This document shows, piece by piece, positions 1 through 12,214 of a stretch of 64,000 bases of DNA. The stretch comes from Selaginella moellendorffii (lineage: Eukaryota > Plantae > Lycopodiophyta). The translations under genes and the position numbers were made by a program. Within the stretch, counting starts at the first letter, position 1; each line of letters opens with the position of its first letter. The notes under the pieces were generated by a model, which saw only the letters and a list, made by a program, of their open reading frames with translations, was not told the DNA's origin and did no database searches. Where the stretch lies: NCBI RefSeq assembly GCF_000143415.4, contig NW_003314262.1:2654603-2718602 (forward strand), given 5' to 3'.

Positions 1-1848
1 GTACACCCCCGGCGGCGGGAACGCGTTGAAAGGTGGCGGAGGGACCGTCCCCGGCGGAGCCAGCGGGTACTGAGCGGCGTAAGGATTGAAAGGTGGCGGC
101 GGGCCGGGACCCCACGGTGGTGGTGCCGCCATGGACCCGGGTGGCCGAGGAAACGCCGTATAGGCTCCACCGCCGCCACTTCCATCCATTCCATACGCCG
201 CCGGGGCGCCTGGAGCCGGGGGCCGGCCAGCGATCCTCACCGCCAGCGTCTTGTCCTCGATCTTCCACCCGTTCATGCTAAACACCGCCTGGCTCGCCGC
301 CGCCGGGTCCGTGAACTTGACGAACCCGTAGCCTTTGCTCGCGCCGGTGGTCCGGTCCTTGATCACTTTCACCTCCTCGATCTGTCCAAACGACGAGAAG
401 AGCCGCTTCAAGGACTCGTCGTCGTACGTCGCCGGCAAGTAGCCCACGTAGAGGTTCGTATCATCGTCCTTGGGCTTCGCCGCCAGGCCCCCCGGAGCAC
501 CACTCGGTCCCCCGAGAAGCAAAGTCGGCCCGGTGTGGCGGCCGACGCTGGCGTCGCCGCCACCGCCGCTACCGTCGGCGTTCACCTCCACCAGGAACTT
601 CTGGTACTCCCCGTCCATCTTGTTCACCGCCGGTCCCTGCTGCGTGCAATCGCTCGTCGGGTGGCCGCCGTCGCCACACTTCGCGCACACCACCCCAGCC
701 TTGAAAGTCGTGCTCTTCTCAGGACAGCAGTACTGCCGGTGGCCGAGCTGTCCACACTGGCGGCAGCTCTCGTCGTCCCGGATCGTCCCGTTCAGCGCCG
801 CCAGCTCTCGCAACTGCGCTCGCTTGTGCTCGTTCCGCCCCTCCTCTACCGGCTGGAGGAGCTTCTCCACCATCCCAGCCGCCGCCTCCAGCGCCTCCTC
901 GGTGTCCGCCTCCACCAGGACGTGCAAGTCCTCGTTCTCGGACGGATCCGGCTTAACGTCCCTCTTCTGGTGCGTTCTTCCTTCTTTCACAGACCCTTTC
1001 CCGCGGATCACGATCTTCGCTCCAGTCTCCTTCTCCATCCTCTTCTGCGTGTTCCCGCGCGGCCCGATGATGAGTCCTATGAAGTTGTACCCCGGGTACT
1101 CCTTCGACGGGATGTAGAGCTTCTTCTGGAGCTTCGGAGGTTTGTAGTCAGGTGGCGGCTTGAAGTGTGGGTTCTTCTTTATCATCTCGGAGATGAGCTC
1201 GTGACGCTCCTTCGTCAGCTTCTCGCGAGCTCGATACTCTCTTGTGTTGATCCTAATGCCCATGTTGTCGTAGATGGGCTCCGGGGATGGAGACCTCGGC
1301 ATATCGGGCCGGTCGTCGTAGAGCTGTCCCATTTGGAGCCTCCGGTTGAGCTCCAACACCTTGATATTGAGCGCTTGCATCTCGGGATCCCACTCGATCG
1401 TCGGGAAGTTCGCCAAATTCACATTGGCCAGCAGCGTCTTGGGCTCCTCCGCGGCCCATCGCGACTTCCTCTTCTTGGGGGCGGCGGCGCCGCTGCCATC
1501 GCCGCCGGGCGGCCGCTGCGGATCGATGAGTTGCAGCTGCTGCTGCTGCTGGCTTTGCTGGGGATTTTGGCCGCCGCCCTCTTCCCCGGTGGATTCCGGC
1601 TGGGGCTCCCATCGGCTCCTCCTCTTCTTACCCTCCGCCGAGCCCTGGTTCTCCACGGAGCCGCCGCGGTCGTGCCTGTGGTGGTGATGATCCGAGTCCG
1701 AGTCCGTGCTGTGGCGATCCTTGCCGTAGTGATGACGGTGGCTGTGATGCCGCTGGATACCTGGCGGGGGGCTCTCTGGGCTGCTGCTTGGCGCATACCA
1801 TCGATCGTTCCATCCCCCGGTGCTGTACGCCATGGCCGGCTGCTCCAT
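1..1848 (-). CDS. SF1: Splicing factor 1 / branchpoint-bridging protein (KH-QUA2, zinc knuckles, RRM); 3' end outside window
   Basis: Minus-strand open frame from ATG 1848 (or 1833), missed by the ORF track because it runs off the edge. It reads [70 protein letters not shown] (KH), CRQCGQLGH and CAKCGDGGH knuckles, and NLYVGYLP...KGYGFVKF (RRM). Confidence 0.95.
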   Translation of the reverse strand, partial: MEQPAMAYSTGGWNDRWYAPSSSPESPPPGIQRHHSHRHHYGKDRHSTDSDSDHHHHRHDRGGSVENQGSAEGKKRRSRWEPQPESTGEEGGGQNPQQSQQQQQLQLIDPQRPPGGDGSGAAAPKKRKSRWAAEEPKTLLANVNLANFPTIEWDPEMQALNIKVLELNRRLQMGQLYDDRPDMPRSPSPEPIYDNMGIRINTREYRAREKLTKERHELISEMIKKNPHFKPPPDYKPPKLQKKLYIPSKEYPGYNFIGLIIGPRGNTQKRMEKETGAKIVIRGKGSVKEGRTHQKRDVKPDPSENEDLHVLVEADTEEALEAAAGMVEKLLQPVEEGRNEHKRAQLRELAALNGTIRDDESCRQCGQLGHRQYCCPEKSTTFKAGVVCAKCGDGGHPTSDCTQQGPAVNKMDGEYQKFLVEVNADGSGGGGDASVGRHTGPTLLLGGPSGAPGGLAAKPKDDDTNLYVGYLPATYDDESLKRLFSSFGQIEEVKVIKDRTTGASKGYGFVKFTDPAAASQAVFSMNGWKIEDKTLAVRIAGRPPAPGAPAAYGMDGSGGGGAYTAFPRPPGSMAAPPPWGPGPPPPFNPYAAQYPLAPPGTVPPPPFNAFPPPGVY

Positions 1849-4374
1849 CGTTCCTATTCTTCCACTTCCAAGGTGCCCTAAATTTCGCGCTGCCCTAGCA
1901 TCTATGGCGGTCTTTAAAACTCGGAGCGATTCCCGGAGAATATTCTCTGGGCGGGCTTGGAGAAGATTTTAGGGCGCACGGAGCTGGATTTTAGGGCGGT
2001 CCGTTCGTGGTGTGGCGATGGGATGGATCTTCTCCAGGATTTTTTTTTCAAGCCTTGCGCCAGGGATTTTGCCAGTCTCTTGTCATGGAGGTAGGCAAAA
2101 TTTACTTTGTTCTCGCTTAGTTTTTCTCAATTCCTAGCTTAGAAGCTCGAGAAAATTCTTGCATTTTGTCATCTTTTCTGTCGTTTTTTTGCTTCTTTTC
2201 TCCTGCAGGCCTGATGGATCGTATAAGAATTCATTGAATAGCACCGGCGACACCTTAGAACGGATTTGAAAGGAAAAATAACTATTCTTCGTCCTCAGGT
2301 ATCGCTCACCTATTGTCGTAGCTTGCTCTTCAGGTACCACGATTCATCGCTCATCTATTGTCGTAGCTATAGTGGGCTTTTCTCAGAAATTTTTTTTTTC
2401 TTTTCTTTGAATGTGACACTGTTTCCTTTTTTTCTCTCTACAAGGTCGCAGCCCATAAACGCAACGATTGAGCTGTTCAGTACCACGACTTAACTGCTGG
2501 TCTATTTGTCGTTCCTTGAGGTAGGCCAATTGTAGCGCAGTTTGCAGTAGCTTTTGCTTCGATCAAGCACTCTTTTTACTTCTTTGCTTCAGGAAAACGA
2601 AAAGAAAAAAACCATTTTGATCCGCAGGCCTGCCTGACCGATGATCTTAAAATCGACAACATCAACAGCAACAGTGCCAACAAAAGCAGTGCCAACAAAG
2701 AACAAAGCTTCAAGTAAGCAAACCAGAGTTTTTAGTGCTCTCACTTTCCTCCGTTCCTTTCACCTCGTATTTTTCTAGATAGAAAAAAACTCCCAGTACC
2801 ACGACTCAACTGACCGAACTGACTACGTGATTTTCAGGAAAGCTGCCGCGGCCGCTGTTTGGTGAGCCGCGTTAAGGGAGAAAGAGATCTATGCGAATCG
2901 ATCGAGCGCCATCAAAAGCAGATCACATCTCTCATGCTGCCAGATTACTCACCGTGCTCGCGACCGCCAGCAATCCTCGATCGAAACAGGCGAGCTCCCC
3001 CTTCCTCGTTTCATTTATTTCTCCCTCCCCTCTCTCACTTTACTTTCTCTCTTCGTGTAGGCTACACAGTGACGAAGAACGAATCTCTCTTTGTGCGATC
3101 ACGCGGCCGGCTACCTTACGGTGTACAACCAAGACAAACTCTTTACATCGCGTCATCGCGTCCCCCTTGGCTCCATGGACCACACACCCAATGGGGGGGT
3201 TTTAAACAAAACAAAGCGGGGGGGCCGCTGACGTGTCTGAGAGCCCACGTGGATTTTCCCGGCAAGTGGCCAACTTGGCCGCGAAAATCGGTCAAAATCT
3301 CCCCGTCCGCTACCTGGGCTTGCGCCACGTGGATGCATTGGACGAAGGGATGCTGTGGCCCATGCCCGACTGTACACACGCGCCAAGGGGGCCCATGTCC
3401 GTACTGTCCCATATGCTAGTACACGTGGGGACTGGGGGCGTTGGATGTCCGTGTCGCGATATCTGATTAACGACTAATCTACTCTTTTATCATATTTAAG
3501 CCATTTTTAAGTCAGAAAAAGGTGACGGACCCATGGGAAAGGTTTGAAAAGACGTGGAGACGATCCCCCTCCTTACAAATGTTATCTTTTTTTATATCCA
3601 TGGTGTTGGACCCATTATCCCAACTCAAGCACAATGGGGAGTATACTATGGTTTTATTTTTATTCGATCAAACACATCATACTTCCCAACACCAGTGTGC
3701 CATATTATTTAAAATATTTCTTGTTTGTCGCGATAAGTAGAGGGGCCTCTTTAGTGGCAGCAGGGGGTGATAGGAAGGAAAGGCCTTTCCTTTCTTTGTG
3801 CGTGTGATGAATGTCCATGGCTTTGTGTACCACGCTACACTCATAGAGGGATATCTTTTGACCTAAATAACACCAAAAAAATCCCAGCCGTCCGTTAAAG
3901 CCCCCGGATGGGCATCCATGCCATGCCCATGGATGTGACATGGGGACATGGAACAAACGTGTCGGTGTCCCCGGGAATCGAACGAGGGACCGGTGCTTGT
4001 CTTGGGGAGAAGCCAGATAGCGAAAGAGGAGCTAGAAAGAAGGAGAAAGTGAAAGAGCGAGAGAGAGTGCGAGAGAAAGGGAGAAGAGAGGAAGGATTTG
4101 GCTGCACAGCTCCCGTGGATTTCTTAAATTTTGCACATGTTGAATCCATCGAGGAGCGATCCTGCATTGAGCCAGTGGCGCGCAGAGATGGAGCAATCCA
4201 TCGCTTCATCCCTTGTCTGATCTTGTCTTGTCCCTCGCCTTCGCATTTCTTGTCCCATCTCGAGCCAGCCATCGCGAGCGATCGATTGGCCACGAATCTG
4301 GGGCGCCAAATTCGCGGACAAGCCACCCAGCAGCAAAATCCAGCCCAGCAGCAGCAAATCCACGCGCGGGATCG

Positions 4375-5180
4375 ATGCCGCGGCCGGGGCCGAGGCCTTA
4401 CGAGTGCATCCGGCGGGCGTGGCACAGCGAATCCCACCAGGCTCTTCGCGGGAGCCTCACGCAGGAGATTTTCAGGTAGAGCACAGCCCAGGTTTCCACT
4501 CCAAAATCTCTGTTCTCCTCGCTCTCACACTGTTCTTGTGTGTTCTTGGCGATCTTCTTCCCTCCAGGATCGTGACGGAATTCCATAGGCCCGACACCCG
4601 CGGCAAAAAGGAATGGCAGGAAAAGCTTCCCATCGTGGTGCTACGGGCGGAAGAGATTCTCTACTCGAAAGCTCGCACCGAGGTGAGAGAGAAAGATTCC
4701 CTTGCCCCAATCCCAGCAAGCAAGCACTGACTCGCGATTCTTGTCGATCGATCGATCGATTCATCCATCCAGGCCGAGTACGCCGACGCTTCCACGCTCA
4801 AGGAGCGCCTGGACGACGCCGTCAACACCATGATCCGGAGAACCGACGAGAACCGCGACCAGGAGGCCGCGGGCGATGGCCCCTTCATGGAGCCCTGTGT
4901 GGAAGGTGAGGCGATGCTCCTCTCCCCGATCGATCGATAGCGCGCGCTTCGGTCCGATCGGGAGGGCGCTCCAAATCCATGTCTGATCACTCCTCGCTCA
5001 TGGGTTTCTCATCCTCTCTCGTGGGTCGCAGCTGCATTGTCGCTGGGATGCGCGCCCAAGATGAATCCCCGCGGCCAGAGGAGCTGCCCGCCCAGGATCA
5101 GCAATAGCTCCGCGGGAGCGTCCCTGCGAAGAACAAGCTCCGCCACGAACCCTATCTCCTCGTCTCCATCCTCCTCCTCC

Positions 5181-5212
<32 letters not shown>

Positions 5213-6125
5213 CTCCACGTCCTGCTGCTCCTCATCGATTTCTTCCTCCTCCGCCGCCGCTTCCATCGCCACCTCTTCCGCCGCCGCCACCACCAGCTGC
5301 ATTACCACCTCGTCCAATCAATCCCAGACGCTGGCATTCCTGAGCTTGGAGTCTTCCTCGCCACCGCCATGGCCCAAATCTCGAGCTCAAGCTCATCCAT
5401 CGCCGCCATCCTCCATACCCGAAGTACCACCACCACCACCACCACCACCTTCCAAAAGCCGGCCTCCTTGTTTTGCCGCCGCCACGACCACCGCCACCGC
5501 CACCAATCCAAATCCCAATGTCAACTTCTCCATAATCTCTGGAATCGAAGCCCAGAGGTTCCAGAAGCAGCATCAGCAGCAGCAGCAGCAGCAGAGCCTT
5601 TGTGGCTTCAGTCCGCACTTTGCACCTCCACTTCTTCCTCCAATGGGGAGCTTCAGGTTGCAGCCTCATGAAGAATTGCCAACATTTCCACCTGCTCCAA
5701 CTTTTCCACCTGCCCCAAAGGATCAGAGCTACCCATGCCTGCACCACCTCCAGCAGCACCACATATTTCACCCACCGCCATCACCATTTCAGAGCCCCAA
5801 CAGGGTTTATCATCCACAGCAACAAGTTCAGAATGCTGCCTCTCCTCCCGTCCACCAGCCAAGCCAGAAGGCTTCACTCCCGCCAATGTTTCCCATATGT
5901 TTGGAGCCGGCACCAGCAGCTGTGATGCAACCAAGATTTCAGCCCAGGGTGCGCAACCAACAAGAAGGGAGCCACCCTGACCTGGACTTGTGCCTTGGAC
6001 CGCCCAAGGTTTCGAGTTCCAGACCTAAATCGCATCTGGCTGACCTTGCTGGCAGCGATGGCAGCCTCGCCAGTGGCGGTGGCAACACCACGACGACGCT
6101 GAAAAAGGCAAAGATTGTCCTTTAA
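4375..6125 (+). CDS. KIX8/KIX9-like KIX-domain adaptor protein with EAR-like motif; 4 exons (~4375-4475, 4568-4682, 4773-4905, 5032-6125)
   Basis: Spliced translation MPRPGPRPYECIRRAWHSESHQALRGSLTQEIFR|IVTEFHRPDTRGKKEWQEKLPIVVLRAEEILYSKARTE|AEYADASTLKERLDDAVNTMIRR...PFMEPCVE|AALSLGC matches the plant KIX8/9 N-terminus. LDLCL motif near the C-terminus. Extra 3' exons to ~6644 are possible. Confidence 0.85.
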
Positions 6126-8471
6126 TCCAGTGGGTTTTTGAAAGAGCTAAAACCCCCCCGACTTTTCACTCGCTTTCTTTTGATCTTGAATGGAACAACA
6201 ACATGGGCTGACTGACACGTGGTACACCCAGGTGTCAAGGACAGGGTGATTTCATAAAGAGGGATTTGCACCTAGGGTTTGAAGCGTTTGATCGTTTCCG
6301 AGTAGTGATGCAGGGTGTACAGGATCAAGTCTCGAGGTTTTCTCCTCCCTCGTTCTGCAATGTCAATGTGATTCTTGCTTTGGTTCATGCTTTTCAGGCA
6401 GATGCAATCGCCGGATCCTCGCGTGGGCGTGGAGGAGGCCCAACAGGAATTGAAAGAGAAGTATGAGAACGCGAGTGAGGGGTTAACGCAGAAGAAGGAT
6501 TTGGGTGGGGACGAGGGTGCCAAGGCGATGCTCAGGGACGAATACAAGGATGCCAAGAAGAGCATTGCGAGGCACGATGGCGTCGCAGAGGCCACTGACG
6601 CAGTGGAGCTCGCGGGCGCAGGGTCACACCAGAAAAAGGATTGAAAACAAGTGGGACTTCCACCCATAATAAATTTTATTTAAATTTCTCAATAGTTATT
6701 CACACAAATCAAATCCACAAGCCAGGGATATTCAAATGGCAATATAAATACCAACGCCACTCTGAGTTTTTCACAATTGCAGTGTAATAGATCTTGAGTC
6801 TCACGGTGACCAAGCCTTTTTCTTCAAAGTGCCATCTATTGAAATCTTTAGCTGCCACCTTATAACTTTAGTAACCTTATAAATTCACCATATAAATTAC
6901 ACTTATTTATGGTTTATATGTAATGTTTGAGCAGATAAAAGTGCTGCACACATTTTTTTCATAAAACATGTGTGGATACAATGGTGTGAAATGTAGGAAT
7001 GTTACATATATTTGTAACTCTCTAAATTATTCTTTGATCCCTCCCATCCCAATAAAGCAATTTTTAACTGGAAAAATGAGTGTAATTAGATTCTTTTAAA
7101 GTGCTTTGAACCCTCATTCTAGTTGAATGGATCATGTTTCCAATAAAGTTAAATATACCTTTCATTTACATACCCTTTCACAATCTAAAACCCTTGTGTA
7201 GTTTCATTTGATTTAGATAAATTTCAGTTTAAATTGCTTAATGGATCCTAAATGATTTTTTTGAATTAATATCTCATGCCTGATAGGGATATATGAAAAC
7301 CTATACAACTTAAAATTGATTATTTTAAGTTATATATAAAATTTGTGAAAAAACAAAAAAACAAGTGAAGACAAGTGTGGTTAGAAGGGTCTAAATAGGA
7401 GAAGGTTAATGTTAAGTCACTATCACATAAGTAAAAAGAGAGAATTGTTTAATGGGAAATTCATTTGATATATTTGCTTCACTAAACACCTATCAATACC
7501 ATTCGGGAAGCATTTAAAAACTTAGTTTAAAGATGAGGGAAAAATCTAAAATTCTAATGCGTGACGTGGAGTGCCACGTAAGAGACGGGGATCCACTCTT
7601 CAGGGAACTTAACCTTCTCGGCAATACGCTCTACTGCTCCCGACCTCGCCCTCCACGCTTGCCTGCGGGAAACAGCTTTTTGCCGTGCACTGAGAAGGAT
7701 TTGGAGCCCAAGAAGAGTATGCCATGCCGTACTACATGAAGTTCCTCTACGAGCTCACTATCCAGAACAAACAAGTTGACAAGCTGACTATAACCTTCAG
7801 GGGTTCTATAGCATCTTTTGTATCATCTCTCTGAGTCGATTCTCGAGTCGAGCAACTGTATCGCATTGGAGAATGATATGGAGATGTCGCCACTCAACCT
7901 TGGGAACTTTCGGTGCATCGAGTACCATGTCCCAGCTTTCCTCCAGGTAACAGAGTAAACCGCCATGCGCATGAAAAACCATGTAAAGTAGCGAAGTCGA
8001 AGATGAAAGGCTTGCTGGAGATATTGCGTCCGAGTATGCTAAGCTCCCGACGAGTTCGAAAGCTCCAGCGCTTCTCCGTGGACAAGCCGAGATTGGGATT
8101 CACACCTCAAGGCCAACGCAAGCTCATTTCTGCAGGCAGGTTGGTGCACTTCGGTCGGCCATGGGCGACGTGATAGCTGGAGTTGTGGGCTTGCAAAGAC
8201 GAGAAAAGAGGCGTCAGCGATACTGCGAACAATGTGCTGCAGGGAAGAAACAAGTCCAGGCAAGCTTTTGTTTTCCTTCCTTTTCTCGTTCAAAGTTGTG
8301 TGAGCACCGTGCTAGCCATAACCAGAAACGTGGTGGCAGCTCATACAACGTGGCTATGACAAGCCCTTCAAAACTCTAGAGATCATTCGACTGGCAGGCA
8401 AGATTAAGAACATTAACTATGGAAAGCTATGTGAATGTAAAATCTAAAATACTCTGGCAACGATGGATCGA

Positions 8472-9200
8472 TCAGATGCCACGGATGAAGTCCGCGGCCG
8501 CTGCCATGCTTATCTCGGAATTTCCAGGAGGAATAATCTGGGATCTAATCTCGGCCTCGTCGAAGAGTTTGAACCAGTCGAGCCGCACTGCACCGTCGGA
8601 GACTTCAACTCGCTGAGTTTCTAATCCTCTCTCCTTGATCCACACTACGAGCGGCTCCTCCACCGTGGGCCGAACAAAGATGACTATGCCAAGCTTGGCA
8701 CCGCCATTTGCAGCAGACGTGACAGCATCAAGGTCGTTCACCACTTTATCGATGCACTCATTTGCGTAGACAACTTGACCGACGATTGCAACGCGGGCGT
8801 TCTGGAACGTTGGTTCCTGTGAGGATCGTTCGAGCACAATAAAGTCAACTTGCTGTAACCGATCGTTGAGCTCAACCAAGCCGCCCGGGCCAATTTGGAC
8901 AAGCCTCTCTCTGCCCTCAAACTGAAGGCCCACTTTCGTGAGTGCTTTACAGAGCTGAATGAACCAGAAAATCCGGACTTGCTCATGGAAGGCAGAGAAA
9001 TCGTACTGTAGAAGCAACTCACCCTGATCTTTCATGAAAAGCATACTTCTCTTGTGTGCGTCGGTTTCGTTGTAAATCCGCATAAACTCTTCCTGTCGAA
9101 GTCCCGATTCCACCGACACTGGCCCTTGATTGCTGGTAAGGCGAACGACTTCTTCACGACAAAACCTTTCCAGAAATTCGGCATAGCTCTTGACGTCCAT
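8472..9200 (-). CDS. Uma2/DUF820-like PD-(D/E)XK-fold protein
   Basis: Intact 242-aa ORF with Uma2-like motif order: GELL..S..HE, QVD, VAIVGQVVYANE, AKLGIVIFV. Recognised by eye; no profile search run. Confidence 0.55.
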   Translation of the reverse strand: MDVKSYAEFLERFCREEVVRLTSNQGPVSVESGLRQEEFMRIYNETDAHKRSMLFMKDQGELLLQYDFSAFHEQVRIFWFIQLCKALTKVGLQFEGRERLVQIGPGGLVELNDRLQQVDFIVLERSSQEPTFQNARVAIVGQVVYANECIDKVVNDLDAVTSAANGGAKLGIVIFVRPTVEEPLVVWIKERGLETQRVEVSDGAVRLDWFKLFDEAEIRSQIIPPGNSEISMAAAADFIRGI

Positions 9201-9389
9201 AGCCGAAAACGCTGCACTTTTTTTTAGGTCATAGCCATTTCAATACAGCCTTTGTACGGCTAGAGGAAGATTTAGCGTAGGCTATCAGTTGACACCATTT
9301 TTTTTATTGTTGTTGCACATCCACTGACGTTCTTGTGTGCAAGGCATTGAACAGCAAGAGATTTTTCATGCACAGTTTGTAAGGTCGCT

Positions 9390-9956
9390 TCCCGCCTTGC
9401 CCCAGCTCCGAGCCTGAGAGACTCGTGTGGCCACCACGAGCATCAATAACAACATCCTGAGGGCTCTAGACGGGTTTGGTGTCGACTGTGAGAGTGGTCA
9501 ACGACCTGTCTCCCTTGGAGGTAGCTAGCCATGACGACTTTTGTAAGATTTCGATACCGCTTCTTATTTTCTTGTGCAGGGTCCACAACCACAGTGCTAG
9601 ACAATGGGAGAATAAAGCAAAGCGACGGCCAGGTGGCATCCAGACTTGGTAATCACGAATGGAAGCCAACTCTTGTCTGGGCAGTAGCGGTATGGCATGA
9701 CACATTGGAGGAGCTTTTGCAGGAAACATACGAGTGGACATCTGGTCATTTGGGAGCTAATGTGTGCCTTGGGGTGAAGATTGTCCTGCAGAACAATGTC
9801 CCAGTCCAAATCCTTGTTTGCAAGAAGAACAAAGGAGAAGCAGTTCAACTCATTGACATCTTCCCTCAGATCAACTTCCAGCCGAACCAGATTGTTCTAA
9901 GGATCCACTCCAGAATTTCTTTCAGCTTTCAAACACAGTGTTCCCAAGTTTTATAA
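9390..9956 (+). pseudogene. Uma2/PD-(D/E)XK-like gene, probably disrupted
   Basis: Exon after the acceptor at ~9579 reads GSTTTVLDNGRIKQSDG...PTLVWAVAVWHDTLEELLQETYEWTS...CLGVKI. The upstream exon has LPSSEP, then a frameshift/TGA at 9415-9417. Confidence 0.5.
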
Positions 9957-11311
9957 TAGTACTCCAAGTGGGTTTTTAGAATCTAGGGTATCTGGAGATG
10001 ATTCTAGCTCAGGCTAACTTTATAGTATTCTAAGGAGGGAACCTTTGAGTTGCTCGCGACCAACTGTGAAAAAATAGTGATCCTGAGTATAGTAGAGCAT
10101 TGGGAAAAGTTTAAATGGCCAGAAAAGATTCTTAGTGCAATAAAGAGCTCACCACCTTCTTGTTGGAAGAATGTCAACTTGCATTGCCAACCAGTACAGA
10201 CTAGACTAATGGTGTTCCCAAGCACATGATTAGTATGTGATTCCCTAGATTAAATCTTATCTATAGACTTTCCTCTAATCATCTAAGGGCTCGTGAGTTG
10301 CGAGTGTAAGCTAGTTGACAGGGAGCTCAAGTTGTAGAGATTGATGGGAAGACTGTTTTGGAAATGTTCCACCAATTTTATGTGAGTGTGATTAGTGTGT
10401 TGTACAGCATATGTAATAATAATAATAATAATAACAGCTTTTTGAAGTCATGAGGACTCACAAAAGGCATCAGACCATCTTATCTACTGCTAGTGTGGAG
10501 GTGGGGATATGCAAGCTCAACAATGTCATCGCAACAGTTTGTGGTGGTGGTGAGGTACTTCAATTGTTCCAAACCTTGAAACTAGTGGGATATACTAAAT
10601 GTATTTTTAATGGTTTAGGAATCCTTTTGCTTCAAGTGATGGTTATTTATCACATTAGGTGGCTCTAGTTCATTCTACATCATGCCCTCCAAGCTCCGGC
10701 TGGAAGGTGTTACCAGTCTTGGTTGGAACCAAGGTCTTGTTCATGAAGAAGGGAGAGGAGGTGACAAAGGCAACATGGAGGCTCAAATTGGCATGGCTAT
10801 GGGTGCCTTGCTTGCTTGTGCTATGAGTCAACATAAGGTGCCCCAAGTTTGAGGGTTAACCCCAAAGGTAGAGCTTATTGTGGATCTTCTTCAAGTCCTC
10901 CAACACTGGCATATGCAGCTGCTGCAGGGCTTTGCCCAGCTCAAAAGTTCAGGTTCTTGTCACTATTCCCGACCAGCTCATTGCTCAGTCTTAGAATGCT
11001 GCCTTCAGCACAAACATTCTCCCATCGACGCATTGGGGTTGGAGCTCCCAAAGGTCCATCTTTGGCTAGCATCTCGTCAAGAAGCCGCCAGAATCCATTG
11101 CATCAGCTGTAGAGCAAGATCATCTTGCAATGGGGCCATAGACCATAGTTGGCAGCCTTTGGAGATCCCTCCCATGCGCTAGCTTCTCAACTTCATGGCT
11201 GCCAAAAGTATGTATATATTCTATCAATAGGCATGTTTGGTCGATAAAAGGTCTTTTATCTTAATCATGCAGTTAAAGGGAAAGTTTCTCATTAATAGAA
11301 AAAAGGTTCCT

Positions 11312-12095
11312 GGTGTCATGCTGGCGTTTCTTTCCAAGTGTACAACGATCCAGTCAAGCCGTCAAGCAAGAGCTTCAAAGCCTCCCCAGTACCTTTTCCT
11401 CAATGTAATTACACTACACAATTAGAATAAGACATAATTGAAGAGAAAGATTTTTGTTATAAGATAATTTATGATGTTTTGAAAATAATAAAGGTTTAGT
11501 AGAATCAATATATAAATGATCCAAACCTGTGAATATAAAGATACTGAATATTAATTTTTTCTGCGTTTTAAATTTGACCATCTTAAAACACGTGTGATTT
11601 GCATGAATTAGTTTCGATAGGGGAAGGCATAGCAATAATGTGGAGCAACAGAAATAAGGACATTGAAATTCATATATATATATATAAGACGTCATGGTGT
11701 AAGGATGCAGAGATACAACAATACACGGTAACAATGACTAAGATGCAGATAAGGATGGCAGGACTTCCAACAAAAGACGTTGCGTGTCTTGAAACTTGTT
11801 GATGGTTACATATGCTCGAAAGAGATGGTGGCTGGAAACCCAAAACCTCTTTTGAAGATGGTTTACAATGAAGATGTAAATAGTAACACCTTCCATTTAG
11901 GACACAATACCGCCAAGATTAATGTTGTGAGTGATATTGTAATTAAATATGCTTACTACGGAGTTGTAATAAAAAAGGCTTTCATCAGCCCGGTGTCATG
12001 CTGACGTTTAGAAAATAAGTGCAAAAATGTGTCAACTGATCCAGTCCAGTCAAGCGGTCAAGCAAGAGCTTCATAGCCTCCCCAGTCCCTTTCCT
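11312..12095 (+). repeat. Imperfect direct repeat (~90-100 bp; 11312-11400 and 11992-12095) downstream of the GRAS gene
   Basis: ggtgtcatgctg(g/a)cgttt...gatccagtc...gtcaagcaagagcttca(a/t)agcctccccagt occurs twice, bracketing AT-rich DNA. Confidence 0.8.
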
Positions 12096-12214
12096 TGATC
12101 CTCCAGTAGCTTGCGCGGTCGTGCTGGGTTGGTGCCGCGCCAGTCACGCTCTCACATTTCTCCCTTGACCACCAAAGTCCCAGAGACTCATCTCTCCTCT
12201 TGGAGCCTCTCCCC

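Noticed and set aside
470-1881. 215-aa and 448-aa + strand ORFs
   Set aside because: Antisense shadows of the GC-rich SF1 coding sequence.
2290-2830. Short repeats superficially like a CRISPR array
   Set aside because: Irregular spacing, degenerate units, eukaryotic context and no cas genes.
7533-8400. Coding-like fragments downstream of an AT-rich tract
   Set aside because: Interrupted by stops and no family recognisable; not called.
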